Assembly (NCBI GenBank): GCA_965649825.1
Contig: OZ287698.1
Location: forward strand, 635,949 to 699,948
Reading direction: 5' to 3'
Length of the DNA: 64,000 nucleotides
Source: Penicillus capitatus
Taxonomy: Eukaryota > Plantae > Chlorophyta
The notes beneath the pieces are model-generated. The model searched no databases. It saw only the letters and a list, made by a program, of their open reading frames with translations, and was not told where the DNA came from. Within the stretch, counting starts at the first letter, position 1; each line of letters begins with the position of its first letter. The position numbers and the translations under genes were made by a program. Of this stretch, positions 50,069-61,666 are shown in pieces.

Positions 50069-51599
50069 ATTAAAATAGAAGACCGCGTCGTTCTACAAAC
50101 AAACAGCACAAATCTCATATCCGTTCCCACATACAAATTGCAAGACTGTCGATAGGGATAAGGTAAGATTGGCTTTAGTAAAGCTAAGCGAGTCATTGGG
50201 AGAGAGGACTTCTCATGAACTCAACCGCACGGAGCTTTCGCATAGAACGGGCGTCTTGTTAGCAGCAAGGACCCATCACTGAGTCGACCGACTCGAAATG
50301 AGTTCGCGCCGGGTTCTAGATTTTGAGAGAACAGTTTTGGAAACCGTGGGCTTCACCTTCCGCGAATGCATGGGGTTGGTAGAGCAAAGGAGAAGTTGTC
50401 GTAATTCACTGTCGTCTTGGTAACAGACTAGCGTCTGCAGTTAAGCTCGGAGAGAGGTGACCCTGTATCTGACACGACTGTGAGAAGAGCCCCGAGAGCC
50501 TTGCTAAAAAATCAAAGCGGGTTCCTAACCGTTTCTTGAAACTTCCAGAGGCAATAATTTCGCAATCCTGCGGCCTTCGACGCATACCTTCACCTGTGCT
50601 TGGTTTCATATTATGCAACAATGACGATAATAAGGAGGCTTTTCTACCGTTCTGTCAGAGTCTTTGAAAGACAGCATTCGGTGCATTTCGAGTTTTGTGC
50701 CACTTCCTGAAGATCGTGTCACATAGTGCCCCTACGGAGATTGACGATCTTTATGTGATTGTGTGTGCAATAGATAGAGATCGTTTGTGCAGAGAAAGAA
50801 ACCACCATCTGGCTTCCTTTTCAAATTGTCTGCACGTGTGCTTTCTCCAGTTGTCGTTCCTGTCTTCCCCTCATTGATGCATGCCTCTCTTTTCATGGAC
50901 ATCGTCTTCTCGATCGAAGGCAGAGCAATTTGGGATGCGTTGTGTGAATGCTCGCCGATGCAATCTCTAAATTCTCCTCTTCAAAAATCGCGAGTTTAAA
51001 ACAAAAAAAGACTCAAGATTCGCTGACAGAAGAAGATCGTTCTCTCGATGAAAATGTGCTCGTCATCTGAGATATATGAGTGGCTGCGTCTTCTTTCTCG
51101 GATTGTTCTTTGCGACTGTCCGATGCCATCTTCTTTCGATGCCCTTCTCGAGAAATTCGATTCAGTCCATTCGTCGATCTGGCCTATGCGAGTGAGTCGA
51201 TTTCCAATCGGTGCTGAAGTTAGGGTATCATCGAGTTCGCACTCACATCATTCGATGAATCGAGGTGCCAATCGGCAGTTCGACACACTATGTTCTGAAA
51301 AAAAGTAAAGAATGACAGATCTCTTAACAATCGTATCGTTAGTGTATGTCTTTCCATCCTTTCCGACATTTTCTGAGCTGCGCCGAGTCGATTTTTTATT
51401 GATGGGACGCTCATCGAACGAAAACCGGATACGATTCATGGTAACTCGTCATGCGGTTCGATGTTAGCTGCAGAGGGTTTTTATTCCATTGCCTCCTCCT
51501 ATTCTTGATCAAACACCGTTAATCCCACAACATAGGAGTTATGAAATGAGGAATCGACGTTTGTGTGCGTTATGGAAGAATAAGGATCATCGCTGTGGC

Positions 51600-52450
51600 C
51601 TCAAAGGACATACGCCACGGAACATTGATCCGGACGTGGTAAGAGAGGCAGCTTCATATCGCGCATCGTTTCGATCTCGACAGCACAAAAGGTGCAATCA
51701 AGGGTCCCGTTGCGCTTTCGATCGTGGCGGATCGCCCCGTCGATCATTTCTATAATTGTCAAGTCCACGATCGCGATTGATTCAAACACACTGTGGAGAC
51801 AGCGAGGAAACTCGCAAACGCTTCTGGGAATTCTTTCCGGTTGGAGAAACCCAATTTCAGTGGTCAGTCACTTATCGCCAGCCGCGACATGAACAGTAGG
51901 ATGTACGCACCATTCTGCTGTCTATCTGTGATACGAACCTTCCCTTCGAACGATGCGTATGCTACCATGAGTCCGACATTCTTATCGACGAAGCTTGGCA
52001 TGACAAAACAGTTCGACTGTGTTCGATCGACGATTCGGAGGAAAATGGTTGTGCTGAACACAACGAGTTGTAAAAGGATACGGGCGCAGGATTGCAATGC
52101 AGATTTTGTGGCGATTGATGCGACGTTTACTGAACAATTTATGCATGAAGCTGCAGCTTCGAATGGTTCCTGCAAACAATGAGCGAATGGCTATCTATCC
52201 AGCACGTTGTTGGCTCGAAGCTTTCTCATCGAAAACGACTTCGACCTTCTTGTTTGCGATCGTCACATGCGGTCATTCTTTCAATTGCACATGTCAACTA
52301 ACCCGTACACCTTGTAAATGTCGAATGATGTCATGCAACATTCTACAATCGACGACCATGAGTTTTATTAGCGATACGACGACAAGTGGCGATGTTGACA
52401 ACAGTAAATAGCACGTATTTGTGATGCTCGACAAACACGTTCTTCGACGA
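51600..52450 (+). mobile_element. Degenerate Mutator (MuDR/MULE)-like transposase remnant
   Basis: Across frameshifts: SYRASFRSR, FVAIDATF (first catalytic Asp-like), ANNERMAIYP and MSFISD, in the order expected for MuDR (SY.KAWR, IDG.FL, DGNN..YP, ISD). Multiple stops. Confidence 0.38.
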
Positions 52451-52544
52451 CTGCAAATTGTACTCGATTTTTTGTCGAGTTTTAAGTCGATCGATCGCAT
52501 TTGTTGCACATTTCCTTGATCGATAGCCGTCGTTCGATGTCCGA

Positions 52545-52560
52545 ATCGATCGATCGATCG
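52545..52560. repeat. (ATCG)4 microsatellite in a TCGA-rich block
   Basis: atcgatcgatcgatcg read directly. Confidence 0.9.
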
Positions 52561-53634
52561 TCGTTTACGATTCAAATCGATCAATCCTTAGTTTGTGTTA
52601 TTCTCTTAGGCATAACAGCTCTTCAACTCGTCTGATTATTTTCAATCATCCCACTTTCTACCTCGATATAATTAATTCCCTTCCTAGGAAATTGCAGACC
52701 AAGGAAAGATGCACAAAGGCGGTCTTAGCTCCAAAGAAGAAGAGAAACTCCAGTCGAACGAATCCCAATGTCGGAAGACCAAACTTCAGTGTCAAATGTT
52801 TTCATGAAACGACTGCAATACGGCGGGCAGCAGAACGTGACAGACGTTTTTAAAAGAACGAGTCTGTCTCGGTGCATCGTCTCTAATATACCCTCCGATC
52901 CGAAGGGACGCCTACTAAACGCATGATCGCAATGACAGATGACACCTGTCTTCATACTGGTAATATACCCGCAGCGATTCAGTTTAAAAGGACTGTTCTC
53001 AACAAAACAAGGCTTGTTATACATTCGTAAGTTCGCTGTAAGCTCTTAATCGCTTTGATATTTTTACAACAGTTCCAACATTCGCATTCTTAGTTCACCT
53101 TCATGAAGCACTCTTCCCATTCTTTTTCCAAACTGTGAACCGATTTGGATGATGGTGATGACGTAGAATAACAACGGCTAGCAATAAGTATTGCCGAACA
53201 TTCAAAAGAGTGCATTCTTTTTTAAAAACGGTGTGAAGATTATTTTTTCGCGGATTGATTTAAATTGCATTCGAGATAGCCGGAACAAGTAATCGATTAT
53301 CATAAAGGTCACTACTGCATTCTATCATCAGCATATCGGTCAAAAAAAACTCATCGACGTGTTGCACCAAACATTGAAAGTTATATTGCTAAACGTTAAG
53401 ATCACTCGATTATTTGAATAGTAAGTAGTCTTTTATCAAACGTTGCCATCGATCTGTTACGAGTGCTTCCGATAGTAGGAGATTGATCACTAAATCCCTT
53501 GTAAAAAAGCTGGGTAGATAGAGTGATTTCATCTTTAAGAAAAATGGAAACACTAACACGATTGCCGTTGTTTCCTTACCGGTTGCGTTAGTCAATGATA
53601 TAGGGAGAAGCTACGGAAACTGTTGACAGTGTTC

Positions 53635-53922
53635 TTAGAAATAGTAAGGTTCCTTACAGAAATTGATTAATCGTGTATCTGATGTTACACGGCGGGTCAA
53701 TCGCCTGATCGATCGTTGCAAAGAATAAGAATTCTGCTGCGGTGCACTTTTTTGGTGTCTATAAAACTTGTCGACAAATCCGTCGCCGATACGAGAACGT
53801 GGACGAGATATGTACGATCCGTCGATTGTCGGGAATCGAAAGGATCGGTTCCTAATCGACGTCCATCGCGTTTCGACAAATACCGCGACGCCAGCATCTG
53901 ATCGATCGATTATAAGTAACAT
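53635..53922 (-). mobile_element. Possible PIF/Harbinger-like transposase remnant
   Basis: FPTIDGSYISRP...FYRHQKS...YSLQ loosely resembles IDGTHI.I..P...YNRKG.YS..LQ; TCGA-rich and lacks a complete ORF. Confidence 0.22.
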
Positions 53923-54936
53923 TGGTGATCAATCCGCCAATCGGAGATCGTCGATCACAGATCTATAAGCTTATTGTTCGTTCATCTAGCATGATTACTC
54001 GTCGAATAATCTAGAAGATCGAGCCTGATCGCGTCTCCAGGAGTCGATTAAAACGATCCAGCTGCTCGACAATATATGTTTCTGCTCTTAATTTTATATA
54101 TCGAACGGTAGCTGAAAATTATTCTCTCGGAATAGGCGTCGGCCTTTGTGCGAAGAAGAGATTGTCGTACATCGCACATTATCCTATGCTTTTTCTTTAC
54201 CGATACTGATCCCTTTGGAGGCGAGATCCTTCATGGTTCGTTACATGCATGCATGTGTGTTGGGTCTAATGTTCTGTCCACAAATCTGGTGCTGTTTGAA
54301 TCATAAGCAACACACATTGGTTATTCCGTTATACTCGTGCTCGTTTCTGTGGTAGTCATATCTATTGTCCCGGAAGATATGCTTTCTCTACGATATCTTT
54401 ATTAGTATATTTTGTTGGTCCGCGTTAGCAGAGTGCGGCAGATCAATGTCGATCAGAAGATAGTTACAGCTTCGTGTGCCAATTCACCGAGCTAGTTATC
54501 GAAGTCGACTGAATCGGTACTGTCGACAACGAAATGATTGATGCAATACAATCGGTCTTCAGCAGGTCGATTAACAAGCTGTCTTTATTATAAATTTCTT
54601 TCGAGAAATGCGCGACATAAATACACTTGCGAAATCAGTACTCTCATTCTCGATTGTTCATTCATTGACAGAGAAAGATCTGTAAAGACTCACTCTTTAC
54701 TCATCGCTTTTATCGATTCATGACACCATGTTAACAACGTAACCCAATTTCACCAAGTCTTGAATGAGCTGTTTATGCAATCGGTCGAGAAACCAGGGCG
54801 ACATGAGAACCGTTGAAAAGATATGTAAGGCGTCAGCTTGAAGAGAATCCGACCTTTAAGATTCTTAGCGTTCTACTTTACCTTTCGACAAATGCCGAAG
54901 CGTGCCTCTTCAACGATCGATATCGAAAACGTCGAC

Positions 54937-55143
54937 GATCGATATGACGATTAGAATTCGACGATCTGTTAGATCAAGAGACGAATTCGCTGTCGAATAA
55001 CAGGACGTTAACCTATATAACGATGTACTGATCGTCCTGTAAGAATACCCGTCCGGTTCGTCTCTACTCGCGGCCTCGAAGAGCCCATACCTCTCGCGAC
55101 ACCCATCGGTCCTAACAGATCGATATGACGATTAGAATTCGAC
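54937..55143. repeat. 26-bp direct repeat pair (GATCGATATGACGATTAGAATTCGAC) with an overlapping 11-bp inverted repeat
   Basis: Identical copies at 54937-54962 and 55118-55143; CGATCTGTTAG (54962-54972) is the reverse complement of CTAACAGATCG (55112-55122). Confidence 0.9.
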
Positions 55144-55191
55144 AATCGTGCGTCTATTGAAACTATCTGTGGAGCGCCCGGTGCGGTCCGC

Positions 55192-55885
55192 TTACTCTGA
55201 ATGATGCAGGTGATGTGACATTCGCGCAGCGGAAGACGTGTCGTTCGCGTTCCAGGCCTCCCTCCCCCTACAGTCGAGTGCGTCGTATGCGTTGCTAGCA
55301 TACGGCGTCCTCGGCCGTGTCTCCTTTTTATGCATGTGCGTTACAGTTGAATCTGCGCGCCATGCGACTTCGCGGTTCTCGGCGACGGGGCCGTCGTTCA
55401 GTGCACTGTCTTCGGCGTTGGATAGCGCGTGGCATGGCGCATACGCCGTTGTCTTCAAACATCCAGTCACAATCAAAGCCAGCTGTCTTGTTATCACTTC
55501 TAGTGGTCGCAGGGTTTGCTGGTTTGCTCGTGTAGAGGCCCAAATTGGGGCTGCATAGTAGAGGATAGGGAGAACTCCCATCCTTACTAGCTTTGCCATA
55601 ACCGTTGAGTCAATCCCCCAACGAGGCCATCCACGTATGTGAATTGTCTTTCCGACAATTCCGTGTCTTGGAGTAGATACGAAGCTTGATAGCCTCTGAT
55701 CCTGCATATAGGCCGCGGCAGCACGGCGAAGTGGTGGATGGTCGAGTACGCCACTTCACGATTGGCAGCCAGGCGTAGCACAGGTACCCGAATTTGTCAA
55801 AACAAAATCGACGAATCGCATAAACACTTATACGATTGCGAACGAATGAAACTTTCTCAGAAAACCGTGTATTGAGCTGGCACAA
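55192..55885 (-). mobile_element. Non-LTR retrotransposon (LINE) remnant, RT C-terminal/thumb region
   Basis: PRWGIDST..AKLVRMGVLPILYYAAPIW...LEVITRQLALIVTGCLKTTAY matches the LINE post-RT consensus (WG...LP.L.Y...VW...LE..QR...ITGA.RTT); upstream part is frameshifted. Confidence 0.65.
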
Positions 55886-56645
55886 TTAGATCATCCGTCT
55901 GTCATGTCCGTAAAGATAAACGTTGCCAAGATTTTCATTTGGCGATGTGACTGCCTCGTGGAAAGGGGGTCTTATGTTTCGAAGAGCACTCGATGTCTTT
56001 TCAGAGAGCCCTCTCGGATTCCGAGGAACGCTTTTTATTGGCTCTGATTTGTTGATGACTCATCCTGTACATGAGTCACCTCGCCATGCGGGTATTTAAC
56101 GGCGGATTCGAACCTTTGGACACCTTCTCCAAACGCTTGTAAGGAAGTTTTCCGCTTGAATCGTTTTCGTTCGACGCGACCGGCGAAAATGGGATCTCTG
56201 AGAACACACACTCTCTCTCTCTGTATGTCCGGCCACCTTCAAAAGGTCAGAAACGAGCTGTCTTTTGCAATAGTTTGAGTGTACATTCCGTTGTACGAAA
56301 GCGGAAAGCGACGCCTATGTATTATCCATCAATCGCTCAGAAGAAATTTATCTATCAAACACCCTGTGTTTTTGTTTCTGCACGTGGTCTTCTTAAATGT
56401 TCAGTGATGCTTGTCCGTCGTTCATTGGAACGCGACTGTCCAGTACTCTGTGAGATGTCGGTTACGGTTAGAACATTATAACGCTGCTTTTTGCATCAAG
56501 CGATGTAAAGATCATACTTGCGGGCGACCGCAGCTTCGCTTGAACTCTCTGTCGATATCAATCGGTGGCTTTGGCACAAAAGCGAAACTGAGTGAGACCC
56601 GAACTTTGCACCTTCCGTAACGGGCCATCAGGCGCCGTTTTCAGA

Positions 56646-58355
56646 ATGTGGACGGGATTCGGACATCAAAGATGGTTTCTTTTCTTTGTCCTCATTCTTT
56701 GCCATGTTTCCAGCAAGGAAAGCAATCTCCCCGAACTGAAAGATACCGACGATATCGGTTCAGCGAAGGGACAGATTCATGTCGTAACGACAACCGAATG
56801 CAATGGGCATTACTTCGAATTTCAATCACTGGCACTAAAATACACTTTTGAAAAAGTGTATCCAGGTGGTTACATCACTAGAGTCGTCAGCTGCAAACGA
56901 GCCGATCTACTGGAAGAAGAAGATATGGAAATGATGGATACACTAGTCGTGCCAAGCTGGGCAGAACATCCCATCACACACGATGTGTATAGTCCTTACA
57001 ATCGTCCTGTGGGTTTGATGTTTTGGTTGGCCGAACGGAAACCGGCGGCGGAATGGACACTCATCGTCGATCCGGACATGCTGTTTCGACAGCCATTCCA
57101 GTTCGACCTCGCATCCATTCCTGACGGCGTTGCCATGTCATCTGGATACACCTACCTCAAAGGTGTGCGCAACGAACTGGCAGATCGACACATCGGACAC
57201 ATTGCACCTCGCGATGATTCCTATGGTGGGCCAATAGGAAGGCGAGCCGACCAAGCCGGCGCTTTTTATTTTATCCGAACAAGGGACTTATTAACAATCG
57301 CGCCTCTGTGGCTTAAGTACACAGAGGATGTCCGAAATGACCCAAACGCATGGAATCTGACAGGGGACCAGTACGTGAAGCCTGGAGGTCGGGCATGGAT
57401 TTCAGAAATGTATGGCTATGTGTTTGCAGCCGCCGCTGCCGGAATCTGGCACCGCGTCGATTCAACCATGCAGTATTATCCGAGTTATTCACCAAAAGAT
57501 ATTCCTATTCTCACTCATTACGGTCTGAGAATGAATCTGGGAAACTATACGTTTGACAAACACGACCACTTTATGTTTCAGTCCTTTTTCTGTCCACCCT
57601 GGAACCTGGAGGCCGGAAGACAGGAAAGAGAAAACAAAGGCCTCTTTCCGCACCCGCCATCTCCTGATGAGATCGAAACGAAGGACCCGAGGAAGAGATA
57701 CGGACAGTTGATGATCATCGAGACAATCAACGTGTTGAATCAAGCACTTTGTGATCGGCATCGTCGCAAATGCCCAAGCTCGACTCAGTTAACAGCAGAG
57801 TGTGCAAAGGTTGACGATATTGCCGCGTCACTGAAGAAGGAATTTGATGAACTCCACAAGGCGCAGCAGATCTGTCATGACGACAACAAGAGATGTGCAT
57901 TCTGGGCAGCCAATGAAGAATGTCAGAAAAACTGGAAGTATATGATAGAGAATTGCAGAGCCTCTTGTCATCATTGTCGACGATTTATTCCCCCCGACAA
58001 GATTCAGAAGGCCAAGGAGATCGAGCATTGGAGCGAGATCAAATCTCGGCAAGAAGATGACGACGTGCCATTCAGAATAGAACTTGAAATGATTCGCTGT
58101 TCAAAGCTCAGTAGAAAACAACTCAACAGCGATGTTGGTTGCAGCTGGTTAATTGCAAAAGGATTTGCGGACTTGGAAAAATTTGCAGATCTTTCGCCTA
58201 TGTCTCCTGCAGATCTCATCGTCACGGATTTCGGTGAATACTCCAGTGAATACTTTGCGTGGTCGTCAGCAGTTTTGCTCCTCCTTGTTGTCCTGATCTT
58301 TGGTGTTCGACAAGGACGCAGGTTGTGGAGACCAAAGCCGTTTAAGGTCTCTTGA
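56646..58355 (+). CDS. SGT1: Peptidyl-serine alpha-galactosyltransferase (SGT1/SERGT1, HPAT-like GT) with ShKT domain and C-terminal TM helix; intronless
   Basis: TTEC..YFEFQS.AL, GYITRVVSC, YSPYNRP, IVDPDMLFR, WL.YTEDVRNDP.AW..TGD, WISEMYGYVFAAA, HYGL, FDKH; ShKT CHDDNKRCAFWA..EEC.KN..YM..NC..SC..C; TM near C-terminus. Confidence 0.9.
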   Translation: MWTGFGHQRWFLFFVLILCHVSSKESNLPELKDTDDIGSAKGQIHVVTTTECNGHYFEFQSLALKYTFEKVYPGGYITRVVSCKRADLLEEEDMEMMDTLVVPSWAEHPITHDVYSPYNRPVGLMFWLAERKPAAEWTLIVDPDMLFRQPFQFDLASIPDGVAMSSGYTYLKGVRNELADRHIGHIAPRDDSYGGPIGRRADQAGAFYFIRTRDLLTIAPLWLKYTEDVRNDPNAWNLTGDQYVKPGGRAWISEMYGYVFAAAAAGIWHRVDSTMQYYPSYSPKDIPILTHYGLRMNLGNYTFDKHDHFMFQSFFCPPWNLEAGRQERENKGLFPHPPSPDEIETKDPRKRYGQLMIIETINVLNQALCDRHRRKCPSSTQLTAECAKVDDIAASLKKEFDELHKAQQICHDDNKRCAFWAANEECQKNWKYMIENCRASCHHCRRFIPPDKIQKAKEIEHWSEIKSRQEDDDVPFRIELEMIRCSKLSRKQLNSDVGCSWLIAKGFADLEKFADLSPMSPADLIVTDFGEYSSEYFAWSSAVLLLLVVLIFGVRQGRRLWRPKPFKVS

Positions 58356-58532
58356 TCTCAATCTGTACCGTTCTAGAAAGATCCCCTCTCTTGCTAGCAC
58401 ACTGTATTCTTTAAGAGAACTCTCTTTTGACGTGAGAATCGAGGCAAAATGTGTTGTTCATTTAACATCACTGTTGCTCACACGCAGCGTTTTTTTCTAC
58501 GTCATGAAATCTATGTTATCACAGGTAAGGAC

Positions 58533-58537
58533 TTACA
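58533..58537 (-). promoter_or_regulatory. TGTAA polyadenylation signal for KPNB1
   Basis: TTACA on the + strand 38 nt downstream of the KPNB1 stop. Confidence 0.5.
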
Positions 58538-58575
58538 ATCGTGAGCACGTCATGGCAGAGCACCAGTGTCCAGAC

Positions 58576-61472
58576 TCAAGAGCACACACGCGTGTAGACT
58601 AAGTGGGTACGTTCTGCTGCCTTACGGATGCTTTCTTGAGGGGCATCCAAACATTCCTTAATAAAATGTTCCATCCATCTCTTCTCGACATATCCTGGAT
58701 TGAAATGCGGCATCTTGGAGATCATATCGCCCAACAGACCCACAGCTTCTTTGGTGACGGCAGTCGTCCGTGTTCGATCTCTTGACAGATGGTTCATGAA
58801 TCTGATGAGTGTACCGCTCTCTTCTGTCAAGAACTCTCCAGAGATATTCGTGCTCAGACCCTGAATAATACCTGTGTAGGCTTCGATGATGCCCAACATG
58901 AGCTCATTGAGATAGTCAATGTCTTCATCGTCCATATTCGGCACCTCTTGGACGGCCATTTCCGTTGCTTGTTTCAAGATGTTTTTGACGATGTGTAAGA
59001 ATTTGTGAAAACGATCGGAAATGGCCAGACAGATGTCGCCCAGAAGGGACAAAACAGGCGGCTTGATCTCTCGTCGGGCTGAATTGCTTGAAAGAGTCTC
59101 GCAAAGAATATTGAGTATGTTCTGAGCATATGGCTCCATATCTCCTCCTAAATTGCCGAACATGTCTGAAACGGCACCCACGCAGCTCAAGAAGGCATAT
59201 TTCTCTGAGTTCTCTCTCAGGCCTTTCTCAATAAACGGGACAAATGTTGCCACATGCGGTGCAAAGTTCACACGTGTAGACACGAGAGCTGCCAATGTGT
59301 TCATGACTTCTTCCAAGACAGTCATATCTGAGCTATTGACTTGGAGAATCTCGGCGAGCAGCGTGAAGGTCTGACTGGCACATTGACTGAGCGGAATTCG
59401 ACGTCCTTGGTTCACATTCAAACGATAGAACACAACTGTTAAACTCCCACAGATCATGCCCTGCATCTCTGCCACATGTTCCTTCTCCTCACTGGGCTGC
59501 ACTCGGAGCGATTCCGATAGCTTCTGACTGAAGAAAGGAATCAGTTGGACAACGAGATCCAACGAATCGGAATTGGCCGTCCGGACCAGAGCATTGATAG
59601 CTTCGAATGCGGCGACTTGAATACGGAGACACGTGTGCGATTCTGCCGGATGGAAGGCCAATTTGAGCAGAGCCTCGATGAGAGTCTTGAAATAGGGAGC
59701 CAGACTCATGGAAGAATGCTCCTCACACCAATGCGCCAGCTTCTCGATGACGTAACAGACCCGCTCCAGAATGTGCAGTTCATCTCGCGAAATGAGGGCA
59801 TGGTGCATACATTCCATCACAGCCTTGACATTCTCGTGTGTCATGATCGATGGAGTCAGCTCTGCTGGGCGCACAAACTCAAAGATGCGACCTGACAGGC
59901 AAGAATGTGAGCGAACGGAGGGAGAATGTGGGTTTGGCAAGACCAATCGTCCATGCAGTGGTGTTACGAACACGTGCATCTTGATCTTTCATAGCCCCAA
60001 GGAGAAAACCCAGCGCCGAAACGGCCAATGGCGCTAATTCCTTTTCGTCAGGTCCTTCCAGAATTGCCCCAAATGCGAAGGTCGCCGCTTCTCTAAATCT
60101 CCAATCATCCGGTCCTTCATTCTTCTTAATATTGCGCTGGGCAATACATTCTCATGATGACATGTACCTTACAAGGTAGAGAGAGGCACTTGGACATAAG
60201 GCATGATGATGTGAACAATAGGATTGCCGACGCACTCCGTCATGAGGGAGAGACACGATCCAGCCGCCATCGCCACTGTCCATGCACCTTCATCCAATTC
60301 TTGATCCTCGTCTTGTTTCGTCAGCTGATCCAACAGAACAGGAACGAGGGTGGAGCACGCCTGTTTGGCAAAGTAATGTAACACGAGGTCTTGTGGATTT
60401 CTCTGTTCCTTTAGATCCTATACCACAAATCACATCTTCGATCGTCGCACAGAGAAATGCGTCACACCTTTGTCAACTCGATCTCTTCTTCGCAGATCGT
60501 CGACCACACTTCGATCGCTTGCTTTGCAATGTCTTCCTCGTCGCGTTGAATCACATCCATCGTGAGCTTGTAGAGTTGTGGCATGTAGGGCACCATCAAA
60601 TTATAGTACAGCTGACAGATTCGAACGAGACATTCAAACCCCACTTCCCGGACCTCGCTGGCGGGGCACAGGACTGCCTGGCCGACGGCTTGCATAATAA
60701 AATTACGCTCTTGTTCGTTGTTGAAATTCTTTTCAGTAAACTCTAAGGCATTGCACATGGCCTGAGTCGCTGCCAGTCGGACCGAGACATCGCCGGACTC
60801 ATCCACCATTCCGCGTACAATAGCCGCCAACATGCGATCGACGACTTCGGGTGGCAAGTTAAAGTCGCTCTGCTCTCCCAGTTCTTCACAGATATAGCCG
60901 ATCGTCTCCAGTGTCGATCGCTGCAGCGACGTCCGTACAGGAGTGATCGTCATGTTATGTAAAAGCGTCGGGATGAGATCCGGCCATACATTGCGCGGCA
61001 GATCGACGGCCGCCACGGCAGGTATCACTAACGACACCGTGCAAGACACATCAACTTCCTGAAACCATCCACTTTTCGATGGATGCACGCACGTACACGC
61101 GCACGACGACGCACCGAGTGGTGTAACCCCTTAAGGAGCTGCTCGTGAATACTCTTGCGCGTTGAGCTATCAAGCTCCGTCCACTTCTGCCGCATTTCTC
61201 TCTGCAGGACACGTCTGAACACGTCCTGGCTATCGGAGGTCGGTCCACACCTTGACGTCTGAGTCTTTGGATTGGAGAGTGTTCTTGAGGAGAATCGCGG
61301 CGAGGCGTTGCGTTCCGACGACTTGCGAGGTATTCCCGTTGAACACGGCGCAGAGACTGAGGAGATAGGCTGAGTAGTTCTCCGCTTCGAAACGACGCAA
61401 CATCGTCTCGGCTTCATTGCGAACGTCACTCGTCAGACTCTGACTCCTTTCGAGCCATGACGCGATGTTCAT
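58576..61472 (-). CDS. KPNB1: Importin subunit beta-1 (karyopherin beta 1), spliced
   Basis: RLAAILLKNTL, AIAAVDLP.N.WPDLI..L, STLETIGYICEE, NFNNEQERNFIMQ, QAIEVWSTICEEE, DQELDEGAW..AMAAGSCL, AFEAINALV, KPPVLS..GDI.LAI. Confidence 0.95.
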
Positions 61473-61666
61473 GGTTTCGACAAAAGCGCGCGAACAGGAT
61501 AAGAGAGAATTGACGCGACATCGGAAACGGATTTACTTTTGAAGGCCCGTCTCATCACGATGACGCATTTTCCACCATTGAACCCTTCTTCGACCGCTGA
61601 GAAACGCATTTCCACCCTTGAGCTCCCAAGAACGCTTACGGAAAAAAGTCGCTGTGTTCAGAAGTC

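Noticed and set aside
56056-56078. Inverted TGACTCAT/ATGAGTCA (AP-1/GCN4-like) pair
   Set aside because: An 8-bp stem is too short to distinguish from chance without functional data.
34752-58355. Biosynthetic gene cluster linking PPTase, ICMT, SGT1 and the GRKL precursor
   Set aside because: No NRPS/PKS or RiPP maturase is present. The enzymes are ordinary housekeeping types separated by unrelated genes.
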